From an uncultured bacterium (GTDB taxonomy: Bacteria; Chloroflexota; UBA5177; JANWHV01), in assembly GCA_963827235.1 (NCBI GenBank), contig CAWHAE010000016.1:992001-1056000 (forward strand): 64,000 nt of DNA. The letters run 5' to 3'. The notes below the pieces were generated by a model. That model searched no databases. It had not been told where the DNA came from and was given only the letters and a program-made list of their open reading frames with translations. The translations under genes and the position numbers were made by a program. Shown here piece by piece: positions 18,198-28,942 of the stretch. The number at the start of each line of letters is the position of its first letter. Position 1 is the first letter of the stretch.

Positions 18198-19238
18198 ATG
18201 CGACTGGCTCTCGGGCAGATTGCCTCTCCCGACGCAGAGATGCTTGACTTCGCGCGCCAGCTTGGTCTTGAGGGAGTCCAGTTCAACACCCCTTCTCTTC
18301 CCGGCACCGAACGCTGGGAATACGAAGATCTGTTGGCGCTTCGCGAGCGGTGCAACTCATACGGCCTTCGACTGGAGGCGATCGAGAATCTGCCAAATGG
18401 TTTCTACGAGCGCTGCATGCTGGGGCAGCCAGGGTATGAGGATGAGCTGCGGCATGTCCAGGCAACGATCCGCAACATCGGACGGGCCGGCATCCCGGTC
18501 CTGGGCTTTCATTTCATGCCGGGGCTAGTATGGCGCACCTCGTTGACCGCGCCTGGGCGCGGCGGCGCGCATGTCACGGCATTCGATCTTGACAGGGCCC
18601 TGGATCCGACCAACGCCGAGGAGATCTTCGTCGCTCGTCGCGAGCAACGCTCGCTCAAGAACGAGTCATTTACGCAGGAAGCTCGATCCGCGGCGGGCCT
18701 GAGGATCACGGACGAAGCGCTTTGGCATAACTTTGAGATCTTCATGAAGAGCATCCTGCCAACCGCGGAAGAGGCCGGAGTGCGCCTGGCGCTGCATCCG
18801 GACGACCCCCCTGTGCCCAGCCTGGCAGGCATAGCCCGCATCTTCCGTTCGGTCGATGCGCTCAGGCGCGCACTAGAGGTGGCGGACAGCCCGGCCTTCG
18901 GCCTGGAGCTCTGCCTCGGCACTATCTCGGAAATGGGCGGTGAGCCGGCGGTGGTGGAGGCGATTGAGTCGTTCGGGCCCAGCGGAAAAATCGTGTACGT
19001 TCACTTCCGTGACGTACAGGGGTCAGTGCCACGCTTCCAGGAAGCGTTCCTAGGGGAAGGAAACTACAACCCTCTGAGCGTCATGCGTCTGCTGAAGCGC
19101 GTCGGCTTCAGCGGTTTCATTCTGGACGACCACGTGCCGCGCATGACCGGCGATTCGGAGTACGCCCATCGGGGACGGGCACATGCCGTGGGTTATCTCC
19201 AGGCACTGCTACTCGCCGTGGAGAGCGAAGCGAGCTAG
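18198..19238 (+). CDS. uxuA: Mannonate dehydratase (UxuA family)
   Basis: GLRLEAIE, FHFMP, GVRLALHPDDPP, LCLGT, YVHFRDV, DDHVP. Confidence 0.82.
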   Translation: MRLALGQIASPDAEMLDFARQLGLEGVQFNTPSLPGTERWEYEDLLALRERCNSYGLRLEAIENLPNGFYERCMLGQPGYEDELRHVQATIRNIGRAGIPVLGFHFMPGLVWRTSLTAPGRGGAHVTAFDLDRALDPTNAEEIFVARREQRSLKNESFTQEARSAAGLRITDEALWHNFEIFMKSILPTAEEAGVRLALHPDDPPVPSLAGIARIFRSVDALRRALEVADSPAFGLELCLGTISEMGGEPAVVEAIESFGPSGKIVYVHFRDVQGSVPRFQEAFLGEGNYNPLSVMRLLKRVGFSGFILDDHVPRMTGDSEYAHRGRAHAVGYLQALLLAVESEAS

Positions 19239-19402
19239 GACTGCCCCTACGCGGGTTTAGCCTGACTAGGCCGGCGTACATGGGCACAGTCGCACCGCGC
19301 CTGTTTCTTTCTGTGTTTTGCCGCCGATGATCCGTGCAGATCAAGGTGATGTCCAGGATCCCGGGGCCCATGCGCGGGTTGCAGGCACGACGACCTTCAC
19401 AC

Positions 19403-20497
19403 TCAGGATCCGTACCTCGCACCTTCCTCTAGCATGGCCAGATAGTTCTGGATCGGCACGTAGTTGGCCACAGTGTTTCCCGTGCCCAGCGCGTAGCCCC
19501 CGCCGGGAGCGCAGGCTTCGATTACCCGCCGCGTGTAGGCGCGCACTTCCTCCACACTGTGCCGGCAGAGGTAGTCCATATCGATGCCGCCCAGGATGGC
19601 GATACGGTCACCCCAGAGCCGCTTGGCCTCTGTAACCGGCGTGATCACGTCCTCGAACGAGTGCTTGGCGTCGATGCCGACCACGTCGATCAGCTCGTCC
19701 ATGATGGCGGTCAGGTTCCCGCACGAGTGAAGCAGATATGGCAGATCGTGGGCGTGGGCAATCTCGCCAACGCGCTTCTGGTAGGGGAACACATACGTGC
19801 GGAGGTGCTTGGGCGAGATCATCGTCGATGTCTTGAATCCCAAGTCGTCGCTGAACCAGAGCGCGCCAACGTTGGGCATGTCCGCCACGGTGGCAAAAAG
19901 GCTCTCCAGCAAGCTGCCAATCCTTTCCGCGATAGCCCGGACGAGGTCCGGCGCATCGAAGAGTGCAATGGCTAGCGTACTCACGCCCATCAGCCAACTC
20001 AAGTTCTCGAACTGACCGCCCGGTCCCAGGACAATGAGTTTCATGCCCTCCGGCAGGTGCTTGCCTGCCCATTCGATGCCGAAGTAATCGACGTCCTCTG
20101 GCTTGGGCCACGGGTACCGCTCGAAGTCCTCCCAGGATGTGATGGGTCCGGCGTGCTCGTCCGCCCACTGGCGCCGGTCCCGCCTCAACGGTGCAGTGTC
20201 CTCGAGTGCAATACGGTGGAGCGGCAATGGGATGTCCGGCACGATGGTCAGGTAGTCGTAGCCGGCTTCGTACCAGAAGCGTGTCGCAAACTCGAGGTAG
20301 CGTGCCCGGATTTCGTGCGTGAACTCGCAACTGCCCATGGCCGGGTAGGGTGCCATCCTTTCCCCGAGAAAGGCTTCCTTGATCTCATGGTCACTCGAAT
20401 GCTCGATCAACGGCAGGCGATCCGGCTCACCCTGGCGGAAGAATACCTGGCGCAAACGGGTGAAGTCCGGCCGCGGCGCTGGTAGGCGGTCACGCAT
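19403..20497 (-). CDS. Second URO-D superfamily protein
   Basis: GEPDRLP, SDDLGFKTSTMISP, LLHSCG, GGIDMD, GGGYALGTGN. Confidence 0.88.
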   Translation of the reverse strand: MRDRLPAPRPDFTRLRQVFFRQGEPDRLPLIEHSSDHEIKEAFLGERMAPYPAMGSCEFTHEIRARYLEFATRFWYEAGYDYLTIVPDIPLPLHRIALEDTAPLRRDRRQWADEHAGPITSWEDFERYPWPKPEDVDYFGIEWAGKHLPEGMKLIVLGPGGQFENLSWLMGVSTLAIALFDAPDLVRAIAERIGSLLESLFATVADMPNVGALWFSDDLGFKTSTMISPKHLRTYVFPYQKRVGEIAHAHDLPYLLHSCGNLTAIMDELIDVVGIDAKHSFEDVITPVTEAKRLWGDRIAILGGIDMDYLCRHSVEEVRAYTRRVIEACAPGGGYALGTGNTVANYVPIQNYLAMLEEGARYGS

Positions 20498-20696
20498 GCT
20501 TGTGCACTTTCTCTCGGATGCTCCGCGATGCTACTCAAACTTTCAGCGCAACGATGCGGTCAACTACGAACTGCCAGAACGTGGCCGATAGGCCGGCAAC
20601 GCACGCGCTGAAACCGGTGACGCGCACGATACGGACGGTACATGCAACCCTCCTCAGGACCTCGGTACGGTCGACAGATGCCAGATGCTATGACCA

Positions 20697-21597
20697 CTAA
20701 GGTAAGTGATTAGCGAGAAAAGCGACATGCTCCTGAAGTCGCTGCCTTGTCACGAATCGAAAGCCGAATGCGTGCTCGATATGGCTGACGTCGCACAAGC
20801 CCTTCGCCGGCTGTAGCCCCTGATCCTCGAGCACTACGCTGCTCTTCGAGCCGACGCAGTCGATGATCATGCGAGCAATCTCTTCCCACGCGACGAATTC
20901 GGTGCTCACCGCGGTGAATAGCTCTCGATCGTGGCTGGACGTGAGCATGGCACCATAGAGTCTTGCGAGATCGCCGGGCCCCTATGAATTGAGTTCCGTC
21001 ATCCTTGACTAATCGAATCGGCTCGTCGCGCTTGGCACTGCTGACAATGTTCGCGAATTTCATGTCGGAATAGATAGGAGCCCCGTCGACGACCGGATTG
21101 CCGAACGTCTAGGCTGGTCTGATCACGTTGCAACGGACGCCATAGACGTGAGACACGGCGAGCAGGTACGACTCAGCAGCCGCCTTCGTCGCACCATAGA
21201 AGTTGATGGGGCGCGGGCAGGTCGCCTCAGTAAACACGTCCCGGTGCTCGCCAAAAGCGGCAATCGAGGACGTATAGATCATGTGCTGGACGCCAAGTTG
21301 TGCCGCGGTTTCAAAAATGTACGCCGAGGGAAGCGTATCGGCATCGAGCATCTCCACGGCCGTGTCACCCCAGCCCGGCGCGATGTGAATACAGGCCTCG
21401 CAGCCCTCGAGCCCGCGCCTGATCGCTTGGCGATCCGTGAGCGTGCCTTGCACGAACGCAATGCCTGAGCGGCCGACGAAGCCCAGGATCTTCGCCGGGT
21501 TCCTGGCGAGAATAGTGACAGTGTGACCGTTCGTCACCAGATGATCAACCACGTACGAACCAATGAAGCCTGTTCCGCCTGTTACAAAGACTTTCAC
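20697..21597 (-). pseudogene. NAD-dependent epimerase/dehydratase pseudogene
   Basis: MKVFVTGGTGFIG...YGATK. In-frame TAG at 21109-21111 (IRPA*TFGNP), then a frameshift near 20980 (GTQFIGA / DLARLY); the C-terminus continues in ORF 20697..20948. Confidence 0.85.
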
Positions 21598-21837
21598 TGT
21601 GAGCCTCCCTCAACGCAATGGCGCCGAAGATCCGCCGTCTCCCAACCACAATGGAGCGTGCCATGGCCGCCCACCGCCCGTTCAAACCATTTGCGGCAAT
21701 CCTTTTCCACAAGTTTAGCCCGTGGCGCCCGTCTGTCAAGCACTGTCCGCCAGTATATGGCGGGCGCTGCGCATCGGGGACAGAGGGATCTGCCGGAAGC
21801 ACCCGTGATGGGGCCAGACCAGGCCGTCCGCAATAAC

Positions 21838-21898
21838 TTGACTTGCACCGGCAAGCGTGGTATCTAGTTGAATCAATGGATTGACAGCAAACGATTTC
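21838..21898 (+). promoter_or_regulatory. Putative promoter plus LacI-type operator of the LacI gene
   Basis: TTGACT-N17-TATCTA; GCAAACGATTTC (21887-21898) matches the LacI AAnCGnTT palindrome and lies just before the AGGAGA RBS. Confidence 0.55.
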
Positions 21899-21912
21899 TC
21901 AGGAGAACGTTG

Positions 21913-23001
21913 GTGCCGACCAGCGCGAAGAGGCTCGGTGCGAGCATCCATGACGTGGCACGTGCGGCGCGCGTGTCTGCTTCAACCGTGTCACTCGTTC
22001 TCAACAATCGCCGGGCCGGCGGCATCGCCTTCAGCTCGGCCACCGTAGAGCGCGTGAGGACGGCCGCAGCTGAGCTAAACTATCGGCCGAACGCCGCCGC
22101 CAGGAGCCTGCGGACGGCCAGAACCCAGACAGTCGGCGTGATCATGCGCGACCTTCTGCACCCATTCAGCGCCGAGTTTTCCCGTGCCGTCTACGCGGTT
22201 TGCCGCGCCCGCGGCTACCACGTGCTGGTGGGGAATGCCGAGCAGCGTGGTGACGAAGGCTCGGCACTGGGCGACATTCTGAGTCCGGATCGTGTCGACG
22301 GCATTCTTCTTCTGGGCGACGTCCTGCCACCGGCGATAGGCCATGACGAGATGGCGGCATTCGTGCAGGAGCATGGCCACGTCGTGACTGTCGGGTGCCG
22401 CCCGAGCGGTGCCGGCGAGATCAGCATCGGCGTCGACAACTTGATAGGCGTGGAACTAGCTCTCGACTACCTCTTCGCGCTCGGACATCGGTTTATCGCC
22501 TACGTCGGCCCAACTGATCCTCCACTGTCGTGGGAGGAAGAGCAGCGTTGGCAGGCATGTTGCCACGTCATGTACTCGCACGGCCTTCCTGTGTGCTCGT
22601 ACGATGGCGCTTTCTCAAGCGGCACCGATCTGGACGCCGCGCGCGAGACCCTGAAACGCATGCTGGATTCACCTGTGCGGCCGACGGCGGCCTTTGTCTT
22701 CAATGATCAGACCGCACTCGTGCTGCTGAAGGCTGCCCTGACGATGGGTCTGCGCCTGCCTGATGAGCTCTCCGTCGTCGGCTTCGATGGGCTTCCCAGC
22801 GGGGAGTTGAGCACGCCATCACTGGCGACCGTGTGCCAGCCAATCGAGGCCATGGGGCGCTACGCAGCGAACGTGCTCCTGGACAGCATTTCGGGCATCG
22901 AGCCGCGACGACCAGTTCCCGATGGGGCGTCGGGAACCAATCCGGTAGTATTTCTGCCCACGCTGGTGCGAAATGAATCGGCGTGCCCACGCGCAGTATA
23001 G
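21913..23001 (+). CDS. LacI family transcriptional regulator
   Basis: SIHDVARAARVSASTVSLVLN, YRPNAAARSL, ELSVVGFDG, PSLATV. Confidence 0.93.
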   Translation: MPTSAKRLGASIHDVARAARVSASTVSLVLNNRRAGGIAFSSATVERVRTAAAELNYRPNAAARSLRTARTQTVGVIMRDLLHPFSAEFSRAVYAVCRARGYHVLVGNAEQRGDEGSALGDILSPDRVDGILLLGDVLPPAIGHDEMAAFVQEHGHVVTVGCRPSGAGEISIGVDNLIGVELALDYLFALGHRFIAYVGPTDPPLSWEEEQRWQACCHVMYSHGLPVCSYDGAFSSGTDLDAARETLKRMLDSPVRPTAAFVFNDQTALVLLKAALTMGLRLPDELSVVGFDGLPSGELSTPSLATVCQPIEAMGRYAANVLLDSISGIEPRRPVPDGASGTNPVVFLPTLVRNESACPRAV

Positions 23002-23202
23002 GCGCGCAACAAAGGTGCGCTACGGAGCACGTGCTGCCGGTATACGCTGCGGCTGCCAAGTTCAAGCACAACGGCCGTGAGAAGGGCAGTGCAGACCCAT
23101 GAATGCAGATGAGCAGGGAGCCGGATTCGGCTTGCTGCCACGCACCACCGTTGCGGCGAGCGCTTCCCCAGCCGGGCTCCTCGCGGAAGTCGACCATGGA
23201 CG

Positions 23203-24197
23203 GTGAGCGTCACGGAACCGTCAACAACACGACAGCAGGCGCACCAGAATCCGGAGCGAAGCGGTGGCACGGCGGCTCCCGCAGCCACCATGCCGCCGGA
23301 GATCGCCCGCTCGCAGGTCTGCGCCAGAGTAGCCCTGTTCGGCGTGCTCGCGCTCGCCGCGGTGAAGCTCCTCGTTACGGTCGCGGTCAGTGGCCGATAC
23401 GGTTTCCACCGCGATGAGCTGTATTACCTGGCCTGCGGACGCCATCTGGCCCTCGGGTACCTCGATTTTCCCCCACTTACCCCGGTACTGGCCCACCTGG
23501 ACGGGCTGGTCTTTGGCACCTCGCTGGTGGGCTTGCGCCTGTAGCCGGCGCTCATCGGGAGCATAGCCGTCGTGCTCGCCGCACGGATTGCCCGCGCGCT
23601 CGGCGGGAGTGCGGGCGCCCAGGTCCTGGCTGCAGCAGCAGTGCTGCTCACCCCGCTGATCCTGGGGACCACATGGCTCTTCCAGACGTGTGCTTCGACC
23701 TGATCTGCTGGATCGTCTGGCTGTATCTGATCGTGCTGCTGCTGACGACGGGCAATCAGCGACTCTGGCTGGCGCTGGGCCTGGCATTCGGCATCGGCCT
23801 CGAGACGAAATGTGCGATCGCAGCCCTGGCTGCAGGGTTGATGTGCGGCCTCGTGCTCACCCTGGAACGCCGGCAGCTGCGCACGCCATGGCCATGGCTG
23901 GGCGCGGCGGTCGCCCTGGGGATTCTGGCGCCAAACCTGTTCTGGCAAGTGCAGCACGGCTGGGTCAGCTTGTCGTAATACTACTGGAAGCCGGCGCATG
24001 TCGACGACCAGACGGTCATCGCCGTCGGTGTGCCCGATCTCCTGCTGGTACGGCTGTTCGCGGATGTGCGACGCGTGGCGGTGATCGGCAATCGCTACGG
24101 TGTCCGTAACGAGGAAGCCGGTCGCCTCATCTGGGTGTGCCGCCACCCGTCGGTGAGCCTCGACAGTGCGTGGCTGTCGCTGCAGCGCTACGACTGA
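23203..24197 (+). pseudogene. Glycosyltransferase family 39 (ArnT/PMT-like) pseudogene
   Basis: YGFHRDELYYLACGRHLALGYLDFPPL. In-frame TAG at 23542-23544, frameshift near 23680, PNLFWQVQHGW then TAA at 23976-23978; apparent internal deletion. Confidence 0.82.
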
Positions 24198-24268
24198 AGT
24201 GGACCTTAAGCGGAACGGCGTGGTCACCAATGGTGGTGATCCTGGATCGCGCCGCACTCAGAGCGACC

Positions 24269-27070
24269 TTACTCCGTAGCGTCCGTGGCGGAAGCAGCGA
24301 AACTGCCACGGGCTGACAGGGCGAGGGCGACCACCCCCTCCCGCGACAATGCCTCTCCCTGCTGCCAGGCGGCGGAAAAACCGTCCTCGCCAAGCGCCGC
24401 GACGGTCGCGGCGAGCGTGCGATCGTGGTCATGTCGGTCCGCAGGCGGAAGTGGTGCTCCGACGGTCCGGCGCAGTAACGACGCAGCCGCTAACAGCTGC
24501 GTTGCCCCATTCGGCTGCCCATGCGCGCACAGCACCCCGGCTACACCTTCCAGGCACTCGGCCAAGCAGCGCAGATCGCCTATCGCCAGAGACGCACGCA
24601 GGCCATCCTGGTACAGGACCAGGGCGCGACCTGCCTCACCCAGGGTCCGTGCAAGGTGCGCCAGTCCGTGCTGCGCGACAGCGATGCCGCGTCGATCGCC
24701 CAGAGCGCGACGCAGCGCCAGACACTCCTGATAGTGGTCCTCGGCGCGCCCGTAGTCACCCTGCGCGTACGCGACGGCGCCAAGATTGCCAAGCGAGAAG
24801 GCCATGCTCCATCGGTCCTCCATGTCACGCCGCAGCGCCAGACTCTGCTCCGACAAAGCCGCCGCCCTTTGCAGGTCTCCCACGTCTCGGGCCACGCTGC
24901 CCAGGTTATTGAGGGAGAGGGCGATACCCCATTTGTCGCCGAGATCTCGGCGCAGTGCCAGGCTCTCCTCGTGCCTGGCAACTGCGTGCGCGTAGTTTCC
25001 CTGGTAACGGGCTACCTCGCCCAGATTGTTGAGCACAGAGGCAAGGCCGCGCTTGTCGCCCAACGCTCGCTTCTTCGCCAGGCTCTGCTCATATAGGCTC
25101 GCTGCACTGGAGTAGTCGCTTTGGTCCAGCGCGACGTTCCCCAAATTGGACAGGGCAACAGACTCGCCGGCCTCGTTGCCCAGGCTACGCTGCAGGCCGA
25201 GCGCTTCCTCGTAGAGCGCTCTGGATCGCGCGTAGTGACACTGGTATCTCGCCACGCTGGCCAGCACGTTGAGCGACGCGGCGATGCCGGCTGTGTCGCC
25301 CAGGGAGCGGCGCACGCGTAGACTCTCGTCGACCCTGAGCGCGGCGAGTGCATAGTTGCCCAGCTCGGTCGCCAACACGGCGGCGCCATGCAGCGCCGCG
25401 GCACGCACGGCGGGCAGCACGGCGCTGCCGTCCTGCTCAGCCTGTGCAAGCAGTTCCTCCAGCCAGCGCTGCCCTTCGCTCAGGTATCCGCGCACCTGCC
25501 AGAATCGCCATAATGCCCCCGCCAGCCGCAGGCCCAATTCCTCCCGGCGCTCTGCGGGATCCCCGCCGCTCTGGAGGGCCCACTGCAGTGCCGCGCGCAG
25601 GTTGCCGATCTCTGCCTCCAGCAGGTCCAGCCAGGTCACCTGTACGCTGCCGGTCAACTGTGCTGCTGCCGATTCCGCCAACGCCAGATAGTGCGCGGCG
25701 CGGCGCTGCTGCAGCACCGCTTGCTCGCCGGTCGTCGCCAGGCATTCCAGCCCGTACGCACGAATGGTCCCGATCATGGTGAAGCGTGCGGCGCCGCCGG
25801 AACCCTCTTCCGACTGCAGCAAGCTCTTGTCGACCAGCGAGGAGAGCGTCGCCAGCGCCGCAACAGCCTCGTCGCCGGACGGAGCACAGACGGCCATGAC
25901 AGCATCGAGCTCGCAGCCGGCGACGAACACGGCCAGACGCCGAAATAAGGCCTGCTCGCCACGGTCAAGGAGCCGATAGCTCCAGGCTACGGCATCGCGC
26001 ATCGTCTGCAGGCGCTGTGGGTGGTCGCGCGGCCCGTTTGCCAGCACGTGGAGCGTGGGGTTCTGCCAGGCTCCGGTGCGGCCGCGGGTGCCGGTCAGCT
26101 GTTCCAGTAATGCCTGTGGCGGCAGCAGTTTGATGCGCGCAGCTGCCAACTCGATGGCCAGAGGCAGGCCATCCAGGCACGTGCATATCTCGGCCAGGGC
26201 GCGCGCGTTGCCGGGAGTGATCTCGAAGTCGGCTCTGACGGCTCGTGCCCGATGGAGGAACAAGGCCACAGCTGCATAACGGCCTAACGCTTCGGCAGCA
26301 GGTAGGTGGCGGAGGTCCGGCAGGGCCAACGGTGGCACCGCATACTCCTGCTCCCCATGCAGGTGTAATGCCGCGCGGCTTGTCACGAGCAGGTTCAGTC
26401 GCGGGCACGTGGTCAGCAACTCGGCCAACAGCGGAGCGGCCGACAGCACGTGCTCGAAGTTGTCGAGCACAAGCAGCAGCTGCCTGTGCCGCAGATACTC
26501 CTGGACGGTGGCCAGCGGGGGTTGCTTATCGGTTTCACGCAGCTCGAGCGTCCTGGCGACCGTCGTGACCACCAGCCGAGCTTCGGTCACCGCGGCCAGC
26601 GAGACGAACGCCACCCCATCGCCATACAGCGCCCACGCAGTGGCCGCTGCCTGGAGCGCGAGACGCGTCTTGCCGACGCCACCGGGACCGGTCAGCGTGA
26701 GCAAGCGTACGTCGTCTCGCAGCAACAGTCGTGCCACCGCGGTTTCATCCTGCTCTCGCCCGATCAGCGGCGTCAGCGGTTGCGGTAGCGTGCCAGGAAA
26801 TGCGGCAATGCGAGTTGGAGTGAGTGCAGGCCCGTCGACCTGGCGTGCCGCGGCCTCAAACGCGGCACGAGCTTCGGCAGCTAAGTCCAGCGCCTGCGCG
26901 AGCAAGTGCACGGTGGTGGGTCGCGGCAGGTGCGGCAGTCCACGCTCCATGTCGCTGATCGCCCGTGCACTCAGGCGTGCTCGTTCAGCCAGCGCTTCCT
27001 GCGTGAGGCCGGCAGCGCTTCGGTATCGGCGCAGCAGGTGGCCGAAGCTCCAGGACTGCGGCGTGGCCAT
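24269..27070 (-). CDS. XRE-HTH + NB-ARC/STAND ATPase + TPR repeat protein
   Basis: [17 protein letters not shown], Walker A GPGGVGKT, Walker [20 protein letters not shown], many ~40-aa TPR repeats. Confidence 0.92.
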   Translation of the reverse strand: MATPQSWSFGHLLRRYRSAAGLTQEALAERARLSARAISDMERGLPHLPRPTTVHLLAQALDLAAEARAAFEAAARQVDGPALTPTRIAAFPGTLPQPLTPLIGREQDETAVARLLLRDDVRLLTLTGPGGVGKTRLALQAAATAWALYGDGVAFVSLAAVTEARLVVTTVARTLELRETDKQPPLATVQEYLRHRQLLLVLDNFEHVLSAAPLLAELLTTCPRLNLLVTSRAALHLHGEQEYAVPPLALPDLRHLPAAEALGRYAAVALFLHRARAVRADFEITPGNARALAEICTCLDGLPLAIELAAARIKLLPPQALLEQLTGTRGRTGAWQNPTLHVLANGPRDHPQRLQTMRDAVAWSYRLLDRGEQALFRRLAVFVAGCELDAVMAVCAPSGDEAVAALATLSSLVDKSLLQSEEGSGGAARFTMIGTIRAYGLECLATTGEQAVLQQRRAAHYLALAESAAAQLTGSVQVTWLDLLEAEIGNLRAALQWALQSGGDPAERREELGLRLAGALWRFWQVRGYLSEGQRWLEELLAQAEQDGSAVLPAVRAAALHGAAVLATELGNYALAALRVDESLRVRRSLGDTAGIAASLNVLASVARYQCHYARSRALYEEALGLQRSLGNEAGESVALSNLGNVALDQSDYSSAASLYEQSLAKKRALGDKRGLASVLNNLGEVARYQGNYAHAVARHEESLALRRDLGDKWGIALSLNNLGSVARDVGDLQRAAALSEQSLALRRDMEDRWSMAFSLGNLGAVAYAQGDYGRAEDHYQECLALRRALGDRRGIAVAQHGLAHLARTLGEAGRALVLYQDGLRASLAIGDLRCLAECLEGVAGVLCAHGQPNGATQLLAAASLLRRTVGAPLPPADRHDHDRTLAATVAALGEDGFSAAWQQGEALSREGVVALALSARGSFAASATDATE

Positions 27071-27301
27071 GGTGCGTCTCTCTCCGTCCCGGCATGCGCT
27101 GAGCGCGGCCGGCGGTGCGCTGGAACGCGGGAACCGTCGATCAGATCATAGCAAAGCCCGGCCGACGGTTATCGGAGCGGAGAAGGGCACGAGACGGATC
27201 AGAATGTGACCTATTATGTGGCAAATCTCGTGGTCACTGCCGGCTCCCCGACCCAAGAATCAAATGAGGTGTAGGTCGATCTGCGGAGAGGAGCGTGATC
27301 C

Positions 27302-27685
27302 TTGCAAAGCCAGGAACGCCGGGTGCTCATCGTCGACACAGTCCACAGCCTCGCTGCCAGCCCGTACGGGGATGGCGTTGCCGTCCTGACCGACGCAGAT
27401 TGCGAGGAGAATTATGTCCAGTTCCGGAGCCTGCCAAACGGGCGCGCCCTGTGTGAGGTGACCGCACGCCGGTGGGGTGGCCGGCTTGTCCCCCTTACGG
27501 AACAAGAGATCGCAGCGCTCATGAGCCTGGGATTTGGGCGCCCGGATCCCAATTTGGGGCAGGAGTTGAACCTGAGCCAAGCTGAGGCCATCGCCGACCT
27601 GTGCGAGCAGGCATTCGCGATCCTCGCGTCGCCAGCCACGTTCACGCTCGGGAGAGTGATTCGATTGCTGCCCTCAGCAGGATAA
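27302..27685 (+). CDS. Hypothetical protein, TY-Chap (T3SS chaperone/YbjN-like) candidate
   Basis: NYVQF...LCEV...LTEQEIAALMSLGF...PN...AIADLCEQAF pattern; TTG start after a GAGGAG RBS. Confidence 0.5.
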   Translation: MQSQERRVLIVDTVHSLAASPYGDGVAVLTDADCEENYVQFRSLPNGRALCEVTARRWGGRLVPLTEQEIAALMSLGFGRPDPNLGQELNLSQAEAIADLCEQAFAILASPATFTLGRVIRLLPSAG

Positions 27686-27758
27686 TCGGCGTGCATCAGG
27701 CTCTGCGCGCAATCTTCTTCCACAGCATGGTGCTCGCAGTGCCAACCAATAGGGGGGA

Positions 27759-28895
27759 ATGATGGACCCAAACAGCCGACCACGAACAAAGGCGCGCATG
27801 CTGCCGGTGGCCCTCGTGCTTATTGCAGCCACCGTGCCGCTGCCCACCGTTCCCATGGCCGGAACGCACTCAGGCATGGTATGGGCAGCCGGAGCCTGCC
27901 CTGGCGACATCAGCAAGGTCAGTGCCAGCAGCCTGTCGGGTGAGAGCGTCCCGGTCGCGTACACCGGCGACTGGAACGTCTACTACGCGCTCGGCAACAT
28001 CGCGTTCAGCCAGCGAACCAAGGCCGGTGGCGGCATGGTCGACGAGTCAATCGGACACGAGGCCCTCAACTTCACGTTCAACGTGGACAAGCACGGCTAT
28101 GTGAGTGGCAAGGGTAAGGCCATCTACCACTTCGACGTCAAGGCCTATTCCATCGCCTTTCCCGACCAGGTCGGCGATCACGCTTACCTCGTGGGCGCCA
28201 GACAGAGCCGCGCTTTCGCGGTACAAGGGAGGGCGTGTCAGGACGGCAAGATCCAGGTCGAATCGACGAACACTGCCGATCTACTGCTTTACGACGGCGC
28301 CAAGCAGACAAGCATCGGCGCCTGGAACGTGTTTCCACCGGATGACGGGCAGATCACGGAATCAGACAAGCACCTCTCTATAGTCGCTAAGACGTATGTC
28401 AAGCAGATCAGGATGCAGATGAGCTGGAAAGCCAGCAAGTGCATCACCTTTGATCTCGGTGAGCACCGCGACGGCGGCGGGAGCACAGCGACGAGCGAGA
28501 CGCAGGCCAATGGTCCCACGGAAGAGATACCGATCACCAGCACGAGCATTATTACCTACACCAACCCCAACGTAGTATTCAAAACCACGCCAGACGATCC
28601 CTACACCCACCAGATGCAAGCGAGCGTGACCGGGCCGCTGTCCACGCTGGCTGCACTGGTGATGCAAGAGTGGCCCAACAAGCTGCACCCGGTCAAGCTG
28701 CGCGTCACCGCGGCCTGGGGACCACCGGGCTCGCACGGGGCACAGTCGTTCCACTACTCCGGGCGCGCGCTTGATCTGACAACCTCCGATCAGGATCAGC
28801 AGAAGTACGGTTGCCTGGCTGGCCTGGCCTACGAAGCAGGCTTCAACTGGGTGTTCTACGAGAACGCCCTGCATGTCCATACTTCCGTGCGCTGA
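27759..28895 (+). CDS. Secreted protein with a C-terminal Hedgehog signalling (HH_signal / Zn DD-peptidase fold) domain
   Basis: Hydrophobic N-terminal signal; C-terminus NPNVVFK...VMQEWP...KLRVTAAW...[15 protein letters not shown]...[20 protein letters not shown]...HVHTSVR matches Hedgehog-N. Confidence 0.9.
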   Translation: MMDPNSRPRTKARMLPVALVLIAATVPLPTVPMAGTHSGMVWAAGACPGDISKVSASSLSGESVPVAYTGDWNVYYALGNIAFSQRTKAGGGMVDESIGHEALNFTFNVDKHGYVSGKGKAIYHFDVKAYSIAFPDQVGDHAYLVGARQSRAFAVQGRACQDGKIQVESTNTADLLLYDGAKQTSIGAWNVFPPDDGQITESDKHLSIVAKTYVKQIRMQMSWKASKCITFDLGEHRDGGGSTATSETQANGPTEEIPITSTSIITYTNPNVVFKTTPDDPYTHQMQASVTGPLSTLAALVMQEWPNKLHPVKLRVTAAWGPPGSHGAQSFHYSGRALDLTTSDQDQQKYGCLAGLAYEAGFNWVFYENALHVHTSVR

Positions 28896-28942
28896 AAGGC
28901 GCCACACCTTCTTCGGGTGGACTATGAATTGTCAGGAAGGAC

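Noticed and set aside
24400-25400. ~120-bp periodic similarity that might suggest a repeat array or CRISPR
   Set aside because: It is explained by coding TPR repeats; there are no identical repeats with unique spacers.
27891-27910. GACPGD resembling the palmitoylated N-terminal LACGPG of Hedgehog, or a lipobox
   Set aside because: The match is very short, lies ~200 aa from the Hh domain, is a poor lipobox and is too far from the start; probably coincidental.
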